DNA from: Chiloscyllium plagiosum
Taxonomy: Eukaryota
Assembly (NCBI RefSeq): GCF_004010195.1
Contig: NC_057718.1
Location: 56,368,592-56,408,327 of the forward strand
Length of the DNA: 39,736 nucleotides
Direction: 5' to 3'
Below are positions 1 through 10,692 of this stretch, one piece after another. Below the pieces are notes generated by a model. The model was not told the DNA's origin. It searched no databases and worked only from the letters and a program-made list of their open reading frames with translations. The position numbers and the translations under genes were made by a program. The first letter of the stretch is position 1, and each line of letters begins with the position of its first letter.

Positions 1-1750
1 AAAAAGTAGAGGGCCCAGCACTGATCCTTGTGGCACTCCACTGGTCACAGGCCTCCAGTCTGAAAAACAACCCTCCACCACCACCCTCTATCTTCTAACT
101 TTGAGCCAGTTCTGTATCCAAATGGCTAATTCTCCCTGTCTTCCATGAGATCTAACCTTGCTAATCAGTCTCCCATGGGGAACCTTGTCGAACGGCTTAC
201 TGAAGTCCATATAGATCACATCTACTGCTCTGCCCTCATCAATCTTCTTTGTTACTTCTTCAAAAAAACTCAATCAAGTTTTGTGAGGCATGATTTCCCA
301 CGCACAAAGCCATGTTGACTATCCTGAATCAATCCTTGCCTTTTCAAATACATGTACGTCCTGTCCCTCAGGATTTCCTCCAACAACTTGCCCAACACTG
401 AGGTCAGGCTCACTGGTCTGTAGTTCCCTGGCTTGACATTACCACCCTTCTTAAACAGTGGCACCACGTTTGCCAACCTCCAGTCTTCCGACACTTCACC
501 TGTGACTACCGATGATACAAATATCTCAGCAAGAGGTCCAGCAATCACTTCTCTAGCTTTCCACAGCGTTCTCGGGAACACCTGATCAGGTCCTGGGGAG
601 TTATTCACCTTTTAACCGTTTCAAGACATCCATCACTTCCTCCTCTGTAATCTGGACATGTTGCAAGATGTCACCATCTATTTCCTTAGTCTATATCTTC
701 CATATCCTTTCCCACAGTAAATACTGATGCAAAATATTTATTTAGTATCTCTCCCATTTTCTGTGACTCCACACAAAGGCCGCCTTACTGATCTTTGAAG
801 GGCCCTATTCTCTCCCTAGTTACCCTTTTGTCCTTAATATATTTGTAAAAACCCTTTGGATTCTCTTTAATTCTATTTGCCAAAGCTATTTCGTGTCCCC
901 GTTTTGCCCTCCTGATTTCCCTCTTAAGTATACTCCTACTTTCTTTATACTCTTCTAAGGATTCACTCAAACTATCCCGACTATACCTGACATATGCTTC
1001 CTTCTTTTTCTTAACGAAACCCTCAATTTCTTTAGTCATCCAGCATTCCCTATACCTACCAGCCTTCCATTTCACCCTGACAGGAATATACTTTCTCTGG
1101 ATTCTTGTTATCTCATTTCTGAAGGCTTCCCATTTTCCAGCCATCCCTTTACNNNNNNNNNNNNNNNNNNNNNNNNNNNNNNNNNNNNNNNNNNNNNNNN
1201 NNNNNNNNNNNNNNNNNNNNNNNNNNNNNNNNNNNNNNNNNNNNNNNNNNNNNNNNNNNNNNNNNNNNNNNNNNNNNNNNNNNNNNNNNNNNNNNNNNNN
1301 NNNNNNNNNNNNNNNNNNNNNNNNNNNNNNNNNNNNNNNNNNNNNNNNNNNNNNNNNNNNNNNNNNNNNNNNNNNNNNNNNNNNNNNNNNNNNNNNNNNN
1401 NNNNNNNNNNNNNNNNNNNNNNNNNNNNNNNNNNNNNNNNNNNNNNNNNNNNNNNNNNNNNNNNNNNNNNNNNNNNNNNNNNNNNNNNNNNNNNNNNNNN
1501 NNNNNNNNNNNNNNNNNNNNNNNNNNNNNNNNNNNNNNNNNNNNNNNNNNNNNNNNNNNNNNNNNNNNNNNNNNNNNNNNNNNNNNNNNNNNNNNNNNNN
1601 NNNNNNNNNNNNNNNNNNNNNNNNNNNNNNNNNNNNNNNNNNNNNNNNNNNNNAACCATGCCCTGAGTTCATCTGCCTTCCCTGTTAGGCCCCTTGCATT
1701 GAAATAAATGCAGTTTAATTTATTAGTCCTATCTTGTCCCTACTTGCCCT
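1..1750 (-). mobile_element. CR1-clade LINE ORF2 fragment (endonuclease start, gap, linker and RT N-terminus), degraded, lying upstream of the first visible RPS27A exon
   Basis: Minus ORFs give NYRPVSLTS, QHGFVRGKSCLT and VDVIYMDFSKPFDKVPH (CR1 RT motifs). Right of the gap the minus strand reads NCIYFNARGLTGKADELRAW (APE endonuclease start). Frameshifts present. Confidence 0.93.
1153..1653. other. Assembly gap (501 N)
   Basis: Run of N; both flanks belong to CR1 ORF2 on the same strand. Confidence 0.99.
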
Positions 1751-1849
1751 GATTTGTGTTATTTAATTAATTTGTACAAATTTGAGTTAAATAATTTTTG
1801 GTACTTCTCTATCGTCTTATTCAATTAATAGTAAACTTTTAATCAATCT

Positions 1850-1985
1850 CACGACACACAAGAAATATCAATTGAAACACCTTACCTTAGCAACACGCGA
1901 GAGTTTGGGGGGGGGGGTGTTGGGGCACGGATGGGAGACACTACATGTGTAGCGTCTTGGGATTTCAGCCTCTGCCAAAATATAC
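1850..1985 (-). mobile_element. Probable CR1 5' UTR remnant
   Basis: ACCTTACC (1879-1886) and GGAGACACTACATGTGTAGCGTCTTGGG (to 1961) resemble 29298-29305 and 29352-29379, which lie upstream of ORF1 in the other CR1 copy. Confidence 0.55.
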
Positions 1986-2262
1986 CTGAAAATCCCGAGA
2001 AAGATTGATTTTCTTGGACTCATTGGTTTTTAAAGTGTCATTGTGAAGCTGTTTTTGAGCCACTATTCTAAACAAAATGCAGAAAGAGAATACTTTCTTA
2101 CAAATTTTAAATGATCAGAATGACTTTTTTTTGTTTTGTAACTGCCTTAATTCCTAGTGAGCACATTATGTGCTCAAAGCTGATATTAAATTATTTAAGA
2201 ATTTTTTTTCATAAGTGGAACGTCAGTCTAATTGAGCTTTTTTTTGTATGTTCTTATTCTAG

Positions 2263-2317
2263 GTTGAACCCTCTGATACCATTGAAAATGTAAAGGCTAA
2301 AATTCAGGACAAGGAAG
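2263..2317 (+). CDS. RPS27A: Ubiquitin-40S ribosomal protein S27a, coding exon (ubiquitin aa 17-34)
   Basis: 55 nt, ttctAG/GTctgg; encodes VEPSDTIENVKAKIQDKE. Confidence 0.97.
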
Positions 2318-2849
2318 GTCTGGAATAGTTTTCATTTAATTTTTTTTAGGAAAACTGATCTGTTAGCATTCCAAGAATTTAACATGGAGTCAAAATTTGC
2401 AATACAAGTGAACATCACTATGGGTTGTGATTTGCGCTATGGATATGTCATATTCAGTGGAAGTCCAGAAGAAAAGTCTGTTAAAACATTAACTAGGAAT
2501 AGAGTACTTCAGAACGTCTTTTTACATTTACACTCTTGAGGCTTGACTTCCCGAAAGATACTTTTTGGCTGAGATAGAAGACTGAATTGGGGGGTTTCTT
2601 TTTTTTTAAACATTCTATGCATTATGAACATTATTTCAGATGTCACATTTTCGCCTGAGCTGGAAGATGCTGAACTCTTAAAATGATGCTGGATGCCAAA
2701 ATTATGGTGTCCTGTTGTTTCTGGAGTTCTGCCTGAGTACTCAATAGTGATTGTATAGAATGGGCAGATATTTGACCCTTTTCCTTCTAAAATGGAGGTG
2801 GATTTTATTTCTAGGCACTTCTAATCTCTTTCATCAGAGATGTCATTAT

Positions 2850-3040
2850 AGACGGGAGCAGGTGGAACCTGAACTCAGGCCTATTAGCTCAGATGGGAAC
2901 ACTACCGATGCACCATAAGTACACTCATGGATTCTGGTACTAGATATTTTAAAGGCAGTCTGTTCAGGTTTGTCTTTTTCATATCTTTTAGTGCAGCTGG
3001 GCCTTGAACCTGAGTCTCCTGGCTCAGAGACCACAAGAGC
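2850..3040 (-). mobile_element. Two degraded tRNA-derived SINE-like heads
   Basis: Two similar segments, GAACCTGAACTCAGGCCTATTAGCTCAGA and TTGAACCTGAGTCTCCTGGCTCAGA, with B-box-like GGTTC on the minus strand. Confidence 0.35.
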
Positions 3041-3835
3041 CCTTGGAGGTTTTGTACCTGGGTGACCTCCGACCACAATCTTTTCTTTGTTTAACAGCTG
3101 ATTGCACCACGGAGAATGATAGTCCTTTGAATTATCTTTCTTTTATCTGAAAGTGTTACCCCCTCCCCCTCAACCAAATGGCATTGTTCCCATCACCAAA
3201 TCACCCGTGGTATGTTTTCTGTTATCCACCATGAGTAAATCACTTGGTCTCCAATTAATCAAAATACATCACTCCTTTGGATTACAATCTGAGCACAAGT
3301 AACATTCGCCTGTGACCTATTTAAGATTCTTGAAGTTCTGCATTATATTCAGGTAGTAAGTTACTTTGTATATAATATTTAGTTATGTATGCAAATGTAG
3401 AGAAAAAGCACATGCAAGGCCTCCAATTTCAGAAGTAATTAGGCCATCTGCTTTAGTGGTATTAAATGACAGAGCTATGGGATGTTTTATAAATTCCAAA
3501 AAGTCGTGCTTAATCATTCTCTGAAAACTAAATTACATGGTTACATATAGAAACTAACTAAATTTATAAGCTTTTCCATCTATACATGGAAAATTTCTGA
3601 CAATTGAAATACCATGCAGAAATAAAGTCCCCCTTTAAAGACCTCTGTTTATAGAAGGAAGAAATTAATTTCCAAGTTTCTTGTATTGATAATGACAACG
3701 TTGCTTTTCTTTTAGCATTCTGTTTGTATCATGTTTACAGAAATTAAGTTTTTCTGTATTGTATCCTTCTGGCTAGCTTGGCATCTTTATCAAATTCAGG
3801 TGTGATAACATTTTTTTCTGTACTTTTTATTATAG

Positions 3836-3921
3836 GTATTCCTCCTGATCAGCAACGACTGATCTTCGCTGGAAAGCAGTTGGAGGATGGCCGTACACTC
3901 TCTGATTATAATATCCAAAAG
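3836..3921 (+). CDS. RPS27A: RPS27A coding exon (ubiquitin aa 35-63)
   Basis: 86 nt, AG/GT bounded; [29 protein letters not shown]; phase fits the previous exon. Confidence 0.98.
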
Positions 3922-4062
3922 GTATATTTACTTTGTTTAATTATGTCTCTGAATTTGTGGCTAATGTACTGAACCTGACTCTTTTATGACAATACTTTTA
4001 TGCACCAGAACAAGTGAGATTATATACTTGATGCTTCACAAAAATTTGATACTGTTCAATAG

Positions 4063-4206
<144 letters not shown>

Positions 4207-5001
4207 TGATCAGATTGCCGAGTTGACATTTTTTGTTATATCACAGGTGGCTTGCTTTTCCTAAAGGCACATTTTGACATTTAAAGTTGTTGATCAAAAG
4301 TGGTGCAGTACTGTGTTTTGGGCAGATGAAGACTGGTATAAGATACTGAATATTATGCAGGAAAAGAAACTTGAAATATTTTGAATTCAATGCAACAAGA
4401 AAATAAGGTTCCAAGGAATATTATGCAGACTTTCCTTCCATAGTATGGAATGAAAAGTGACAATCTTTAGCTACAATTAATGGACAGAATTAGTTGACAG
4501 GTCCTTTTTGTTAATGCACAGAAGACATTGTTTAAAGTTAGAGAATTTTTGAATTTTTATAACTCTTTCTAAACAAGATGCTCCAAGTCATTTAAATTAG
4601 ATTTCTTTTGATTTCAAGTATTTTCACCTGAATTAGATTCTAAATTGTTTGCTGAGAGAGTTACTCTGTTTAAGAACAATTAGTCTAGATTCTGAGTTCT
4701 TCTAGCGAGTGGAGTCAAATAACTTTAATTAATCATCTTGCAACACTCTGCTTTATACAAAAAGAAATTTTATCATTACAAGACCTATTTGTACAATGTT
4801 ATTCAAAATAGTATAATTTAAAAGTGACAAACATATTAGCAGCATATTTGGCATAATCTTTCATAATTTGACAAGCATAATCAGTACACGAGGGTTTTTC
4901 TAAACTGTAAAGTGAGATTTGCTCATCCACTCTTGTATAGTTCATTAGGGAGATTTTTTTGTTTTACTTTGCACAAAATTAAACTCATCATTTTGACTTA
5001 G

Positions 5002-5151
5002 GTTGACGAGCATGGAAAAATCTCTCGGCTGAGACGTGAATGTCCTTCAGAAGAGTGTGGTGCTGGTGTCTTCATGGCCAGTCACTTCAATAGACAATAC
5101 TGTGGCAAGTGCTGTCTGACATATTGCTACAACAAGAATGAAGATGCATAA
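5002..5151 (+). CDS. RPS27A: RPS27A last coding exon (S27a zinc finger)
   Basis: 150 nt after tt[51 protein letters not shown] then TAA. Confidence 0.98.
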   Translation, partial: VDEHGKISRLRRECPSEECGAGVFMASHFNRQYCGKCCLTYCYNKNEDA

Positions 5152-5165
5152 TTACACATATGTAT

Positions 5166-5171
5166 AATAAA
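5166..5171 (+). terminator. RPS27A: Polyadenylation signal of RPS27A
   Basis: AATAAA 14 nt after the stop codon, followed by a T-rich tract; short 3' UTRs are typical of ribosomal protein genes. Confidence 0.85.
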
Positions 5172-5456
5172 CTATGATGGAAAACTGTTGAACTTTTTTT
5201 TCAATCGAGTATCTTGCTTCTTCAGTTTATTTCTTTGAAATTGAGCAATAGTAGTGTAATCCATAGCAGCAGGCCAAAAGATTTTACCCACTGGCCAAGC
5301 TTAAATTAAGATTATGGAGTGTCAGCTGTTAACAGCATAAAAACTAATAACCTTGCATGTCTCAAATCACAAGAGGAATGTTCTGTGAGCAGAAATGTGG
5401 GTATATGATGTACTACTTGTAGAGTAGCAGAGGGAATTAGAATATTGAATATTATT

Positions 5457-6139
5457 AGAACGAACAGTTAGTGTGAGTAGTACAGATGTAGTAGAGGTGA
5501 ATTTAAATAATTGAAGAAAAGAAGATAGAAAAATATGCTAACAAGGAAAAAACTACTGTTGAAAGAGGGTTGTATGGAGCAATATCTTGGACCACTTGGG
5601 TGAACTGAATTGAATTTGGCCATTTAAAATGTTTATAAAATATTGTCTTGTCAATGTATTTAAAGGCTGCAATGTTTTAGTTAGGTGCTTAGTTGTTCTT
5701 TGAAAGATACTTACATGAAATATGACTGACTTTTAAGTAGCAAGTACTCTTGTGAGTAGGTGAAAGAGGTATTTAATAAAAATTAAGATATTTGCCTCAA
5801 TGGCTTTTAAACATAACCTAATCAGAACGAACAGTTAGTGTGAGTAGTACAGATGCAGTAGAGGTGAATTTAAATAATTGAAGAAAAGAAGATAGAAAAA
5901 TATGCTAACAAGGAAAAAACTACTGTTGAAAGAGGGTTATAAACATTTAAAATGTTTATAAAATATTATCTTGTCAATGTACTTAAAGGCTGCAATGTTT
6001 TAGTTAGGTGCTTAGTTGTTCTTTGAAAGATACATGAAATATGACTGACTTTTAAGTAGCAAGTACTCTTGTGAGTAGGTGAAAGAGGCATTTAATAAAA
6101 ATTAAGATATTTGCCTCAATGGCTTTTAAACATAACCTA
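5457..6139 (+). repeat. Two-copy tandem duplication (5457-5820 and 5824-6139)
   Basis: Both copies start AGAACGAACAGTTAGTGTGAG and end AAACATAACCTA; nearly identical, second copy about 48 nt shorter. Confidence 0.95.
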
Positions 6140-7504
6140 TATATGGACCATGTAAAGTTGGTGCTGTTGCATGTACTTGTTGTTCTTGCTGTTTCCACAA
6201 CTAGTCCTATATGTTTTCTTAGGTCGTTGAATTTGATTTGATGGCATTAGCAGTACATCTAATGAATAATAGCATAGTGGTTATGTTAGTGGACACCTGA
6301 ATTTAAATTCCACCACAGTTGGACCTCTAACTTGGATGAAAGATGTAATCACTAATGGTGATAAAGAAATTATGGTGTTTTTAATTTTAATGTGGTTTCG
6401 TGAAGATATGTCAACCTTACTGATTCTGAAATTGACTAGCAAGTCTGCAGTTGTATCAACACCTTGACATAACCTGAGAAATGTCTATAGTCTTGCATTC
6501 AGTGCAACAGGCTTCCAAGAGAAGCAAAGCTTTTTCCCCACAAAACTGGATTGTCTTAATTAGAAGTAGCTATCCTCGGCATTCACTCAACCACAAACTG
6601 TTTGGCACCAAAACTTAACATTGGTCAGGTGGTGGATATGGATATTCAAAATACCATTGAAAGAGCTGGGTTCAAAAAGGTTAAAACACAGCAGCAAAGA
6701 AAGGGTTAGAGGAACTCCACTTTCTGGCAACATCTGTTGTGTAATGTTTTGAGTCTGCTATGACTTTGATATTAATTCACTTTATTTCTGCATAGATGCT
6801 GTCAGACCTGTTGTGGTTCTTCATCTGCAGTAATTTTGTCTTAACAGGCAGGGACATACATTTCAATGATTTTGTGAGTGTACACATGGCACCACTGTTG
6901 CCTACCACAAAGTGAGGCATGCATAGAATGTTGTAAACCAACAATGGCTAACCTTGGTTTCAGCAATCTATAAGTGCATGCCAGCATAAGAATCAGACAT
7001 AGCTGAAAGTAAAGTGCCAATCTAGTGTAGCTGTAACAAAACTGCATATCTAATAACCAGAATCAGAATATTGGGGAGTGAAATAATTTTACAGATGAGA
7101 TAAGAACAGAATCATACCACACCTTAACCTAAGTTGGGGGAATGAAAGAAGGGACTTCAGGATCATCCCTGTAATCAAATTCAGCACGTGGATGGTATTT
7201 TTCAGCCAGAGTGCAGAACTGATTATCCATCTTTGCTCTCTGACATTCCTAACATTAAAGGCTAACTTTGAAATAATAAGTGAAATTGAGAAATGGCTGA
7301 TTTAAAGACTTAATCCAGGATCCCATAGAGCTGAAGGTTTGTACTCCAGAACAAGCTAAACTGCTAGCCACACTGATTTAGTACCACACTGGCATCAATC
7401 CAACAAAGTGGAATGTTGTAATTGTTCCATCTACAAAAACCACAAGTGTATTCTGGCCAATTATGCCCCTCCTCCAGCCCACTCAAAGTGTTGGAGGAAT
7501 AGGT

Positions 7505-7699
7505 CATGATTTGGAGATGCCAGTGTTGGACTGGGGTGCACAAAGTTAAAAATCACACAACTCCAGGTTATATTCCAACAAGTTTATTTGGAAGCACTAG
7601 CTTTCAGAGCACTGCTCTTTCATCAGGTGGTTCTGGAGTATAAGATCGTAAGACACAATTACAAAGTTAAAAATCACACAATACCAGGTTATAGTCCAA
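7505..7699 (-). mobile_element. PLE-derived short element, family B, partial tandem arrangement
   Basis: Same sequence family as 26037-26472; 7539-7577 is repeated directly at 7661-7699; contains a hammerhead core. Confidence 0.8.
7595..7629 (-). ncRNA. Minimal type I hammerhead ribozyme motif (family B)
   Basis: Minus strand CAC-CTGATGA-A-AGAGC-AGT-GCTCT-GAAA-GC-TA-GTG: 3-bp stem I, 5-bp stem II, palindromic AGCT in place of stem III. Activity not shown. Confidence 0.75.
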
Positions 7700-8296
7700 T
7701 GGGATCAAACAGATCCACAGGAATCGGTGACAGTACTGATGAGGTGCTTATTGAACAATAACCTGCCCATCAGTGTTTGGTTTAGTTTTCAGTAGAACCA
7801 CTCCGTTGAATACAGCTTTGATGTAAACATAGACCAAAGTTGAATTCCAATGATCAGGTGAGAGTGACTTACCTTGACATCAAGGCAGCATTTGACTCTG
7901 AATCAAGGTGTGCTGGCAAATCTGAAGTCAGTGGAAGTCATGGGGAGTACCCTCCACTCGTAATCATACCAATCACCAAAACAAAATCACTTAGCAGCTC
8001 AAACCTTTTATGTCCATGTCTTAGGAATCACTTCTTTATGGCATGATTAATGGAACTGACTGAGTGAACGTTCCCACTTTAGTTTGTGATGACGGTCAAT
8101 GTGTCAGATGAAGATGATTAGGTGTAGGGCAGAATCCTGAGGAACACTTGCAACAGTACACTGGGGTTTCTAATAACTTATAATTACAACACAAAATATA
8201 TATCAGAGTATGTAAAATGTTCTGTAATGTATGCTAGTAGTTTCTTGGCATTTTGCATTTTAAATTATCCTTTCAAATTTTCTAAAACCTCTCCAG

Positions 8297-8572
8297 AAGT
8301 CCAAAGATGTGCAAGTTGGTGGATTGGCCATGCTAAATTGCCCTGTAGTATCCAGGGACATGCAGGTTAAATGGGGTTAGCTTTCATAGAATCTTATAGA
8401 ATCCCTACAGTGCAGAAAGAGGTAATTCACCCATTAGGTCCACACCAACCCTCTGAGGAGCATCCCATCCAGGACCCAACCTATCCTTGTAACCCCACCT
8501 AAACCGCATGTCCCTGGACTCTACAGGGCAATTTAGCATAACGAATCCACCTAACATACAAATCATTGGACT
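8297..8572. mobile_element. Two opposed HE1-type SINE fragments (+ about 8297-8380; - about 8385-8572)
   Basis: GTCCAAAGATGTGCA...GCTAAATTGCCC and its reverse complement; similar to 11066-11300 and 25378-25710. Confidence 0.8.
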
Positions 8573-8944
8573 TGAGAGGTTTTTGATAGTTTAGAAGAAT
8601 AGGGATGTGATGGAAAATGCTAGCATACAAAACAGAACATTTTCATATTTTTCCGGTTGTAATTTAGGTTGTTAGAAATCTTATACTGTTCCAAAGTCAC
8701 AGGCATTACTCTTGACTGACATCCAAGTGTGCATTTCAGAAGAGGACCCTGACATATATTTTAAAAACTTTTGACATTGACTTTTTTTTAAAAGTCGAGC
8801 ACTGTAAGGGGAAAAAATCTTTCGCCATATTCATTGTTAATGGATATGATAAGCTATAACAATTGTTTGCAAAAGGATATGAATAAAATCAGAATTAGAG
8901 TTAAAAAACACAATTAAGAAACAAAGTGCAGTAATTTCTTTGAG

Positions 8945-9306
8945 GCAAATGTGAGGGCTGCAGATGCTGGAAATCAGAGTCTAGATTAGAGTGGTGCTGG
9001 AAAAGCACAGCAGGTCAGGCAGCATCCGAGGAGCAGGAAAATTGACATTTCAGGGAAAAGTCCTTCATCAGGACTGACGGCCGGGCTTTTGCCGAAAACG
9101 TCGATTTTTCCTACTCCTCGGATGCTGTATGACCTGCTGTGCTTTTCCAGCATCATTCTAATCGAGACGGAGCAGGAAAATTGACATTTCAGGGAAAAGC
9201 CCTTCATCAGGACTGACGGCGGGCTTTTGCCGAAAACGTCGATTTTTCCTACTCCTCGGATGCTGTATGACCTGCTGTGCTTTTCCAGCATCATTCTAAT
9301 CGAGAC
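8945..9306 (-). mobile_element. PLE-derived fold-back element, family A, with internal 139-bp tandem duplication
   Basis: 34-nt tail (8945-8978), arm 8979-9072, inverted arm to 9168; 9030-9168 repeated at 9169-9306; flanked by AGTAATTTCTTTGAG at 8930-8944 and 9307-9321. Confidence 0.88.
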
Positions 9307-9493
9307 AGTAATTTCTTTGAGGTAAAAACAATGACTGCAGATGCTGGAAACCAGATTCTGGATCAGTGGTGCTGGAAGAGCACAGCAATTCAGGCAGCAG
9401 CCGACGAGCAGCAAAATCGACGTTTCGAGCAAAAGCCCTTCATCAGGAATAAAGGCAGAGAGCCTGAAGCGTGGAGAGATAAGCTAGAGGAGG

Positions 9494-10440
9494 GACAGAA
9501 CTGGCTAAAGACAGAGGGTGGTGGTGGAGGGTTCTTTTTCAGACTGGAGGCCTGTGACCAGTGGAGTGCCAAAAGGATCGGTGCTGCGTCCACTACTTTT
9601 CATCATTTATATAAATGATTTGAATGTGAGTATAAGAGGTATAGTTATTAGGTTTTGCAGATGACACCAAAATTGGAAGTGTCGTGGACAGCGAAGAAGG
9701 TTACCTTGGATTATAACAGGATCTTGATCAGATGGGTCAATGGGCTGAGAAGTGGCAGATGGAGTTTAATTCCGATAAATGTGAGGTGCTGCATTTTGGG
9801 AAAGCAAATCTTAGCAGGACTTATACACTTGATAGTAAGGTTCTAAGAAATGTTGCTGAACAAAGAGACTTTGGAGTGCAGGGTCATAGCTCCTTGAAAG
9901 TGGAGTCATAGGTAGATAGGATAGTGAAGAAGGCGTTTGGTATGCTTTCCTTCTTCGGTTAGAGTATTGAGTACAGGTGTTGGAGGTTATGTTGCAGCTG
10001 TACAGGACATTGGTTAGACTACTGTTGGAATATTGCGTGCAATTCTGGTTGTGAAACTTGAAAGAGTTCAGAAAAGATTTACAAGGATGTTGCCAGGGTT
10101 GGAGGATTTGAGCTATAGGGAGAGGCTGAACAGGCTGGGGCTGTTTTCCCTGGAGAGGGCATAGGTTTAGGGTGAGATGGGAAAGATATAAAAGAGACCT
10201 TAGGAGCAACTTTTTCACGCAGAGGGTGGTACCTGTATGGAATGAGCTGCCAGAGGATGTGGTGGAGGCTGGTACAATTGCAACATTTAAAAGGCACTTG
10301 GATGGGTATATGAATAGGAAGGGTTTGGAGGGATATGGGTTGGGTGCTGGCAGGTGGGACTCGATGTGTTGGGATATCTGGTCGGCATGGTTGGGTTGGA
10401 CTGAAGGCCCTGTTTCCGTGCTGTACATCTCTATGACTCT
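9494..10440 (+). mobile_element. CR1 LINE 3' fragment (RT C-terminal half and 3' tail) with internal deletions
   Basis: [13 protein letters not shown] and NFFTQRVV..WNELP motifs; ends CTCTATGACTCT. Confidence 0.93.
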
Positions 10441-10660
10441 AAATCATCCCCAACCAGCAAATATTGAGTGTTTGTTCAAGCTGTAAAAGTCTCAGCTATC
10501 AATAGATATCTAGAAATGTTAGTTGGAGCAAGTACTGACTGCAGATTACAGTCCTCGAGTGGTCAAGTGAAAGCGATTGCATTGCCACAAATTAAAGTTT
10601 GATGGCATAAAGGCAGCAAATGCAGCTTATCTCTCCACGCTTCAGGCTCTCTGCCTTTAT

Positions 10661-10692
10661 TCCTGATGAAGGGCTTTTGCCCGAAACGTCGA
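10661..10692 (+). ncRNA. Minimal type I hammerhead ribozyme motif (family A, best-preserved copy)
   Basis: TC-CTGATGA-A-GGGC-TTTT-GCCC-GAAA-C-GTC-GA; palindromic ACGT for stem III; predicted cleavage after C10690; stem I very short. Confidence 0.72.

Larger units (their letters stand above)
7330..7975 (+). mobile_element. Old CR1-clade LINE RT fragment, interrupted by a PLE insertion
   Basis: Degenerate NYRPISL-type and LDIKAAFD motifs; similar to the fragments at 31200-31750. Confidence 0.7.

Noticed and set aside
1153..1653. Missing first RPS27A coding exon (MQIFVKTLTGKTITLE) hidden in the gap
   Set aside because: Both flanks are collinear parts of one CR1 ORF2, so the gap most likely holds endonuclease sequence; the exon is probably upstream of the window.
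785..1672. Long ORFs of 295 and 183 aa
   Set aside because: Artefacts of translating through the N gap; the real part is CR1 ORF2.
2683..2737. C/D-box snoRNA candidate (ATGATG...CTGA) in an RPS27A intron
   Set aside because: Box C is imperfect, the span is short, and no terminal stem or rRNA guide was recognised.
3231..3270. SNORA36-like guide halves (GAGT...AATTAA) before an ACA
   Set aside because: No supporting upper or lower stem.
6705..6830. Very old PLE fold-back remnant
   Set aside because: Only short matches (CTGGCAACATCTG / GATGCTGTCAGACCTG); no core or TSD could be delimited.
8986..9432. 148-aa ORF with an internal repeat
   Set aside because: Chance reading frame across the duplicated PLE arms; no protein motif.
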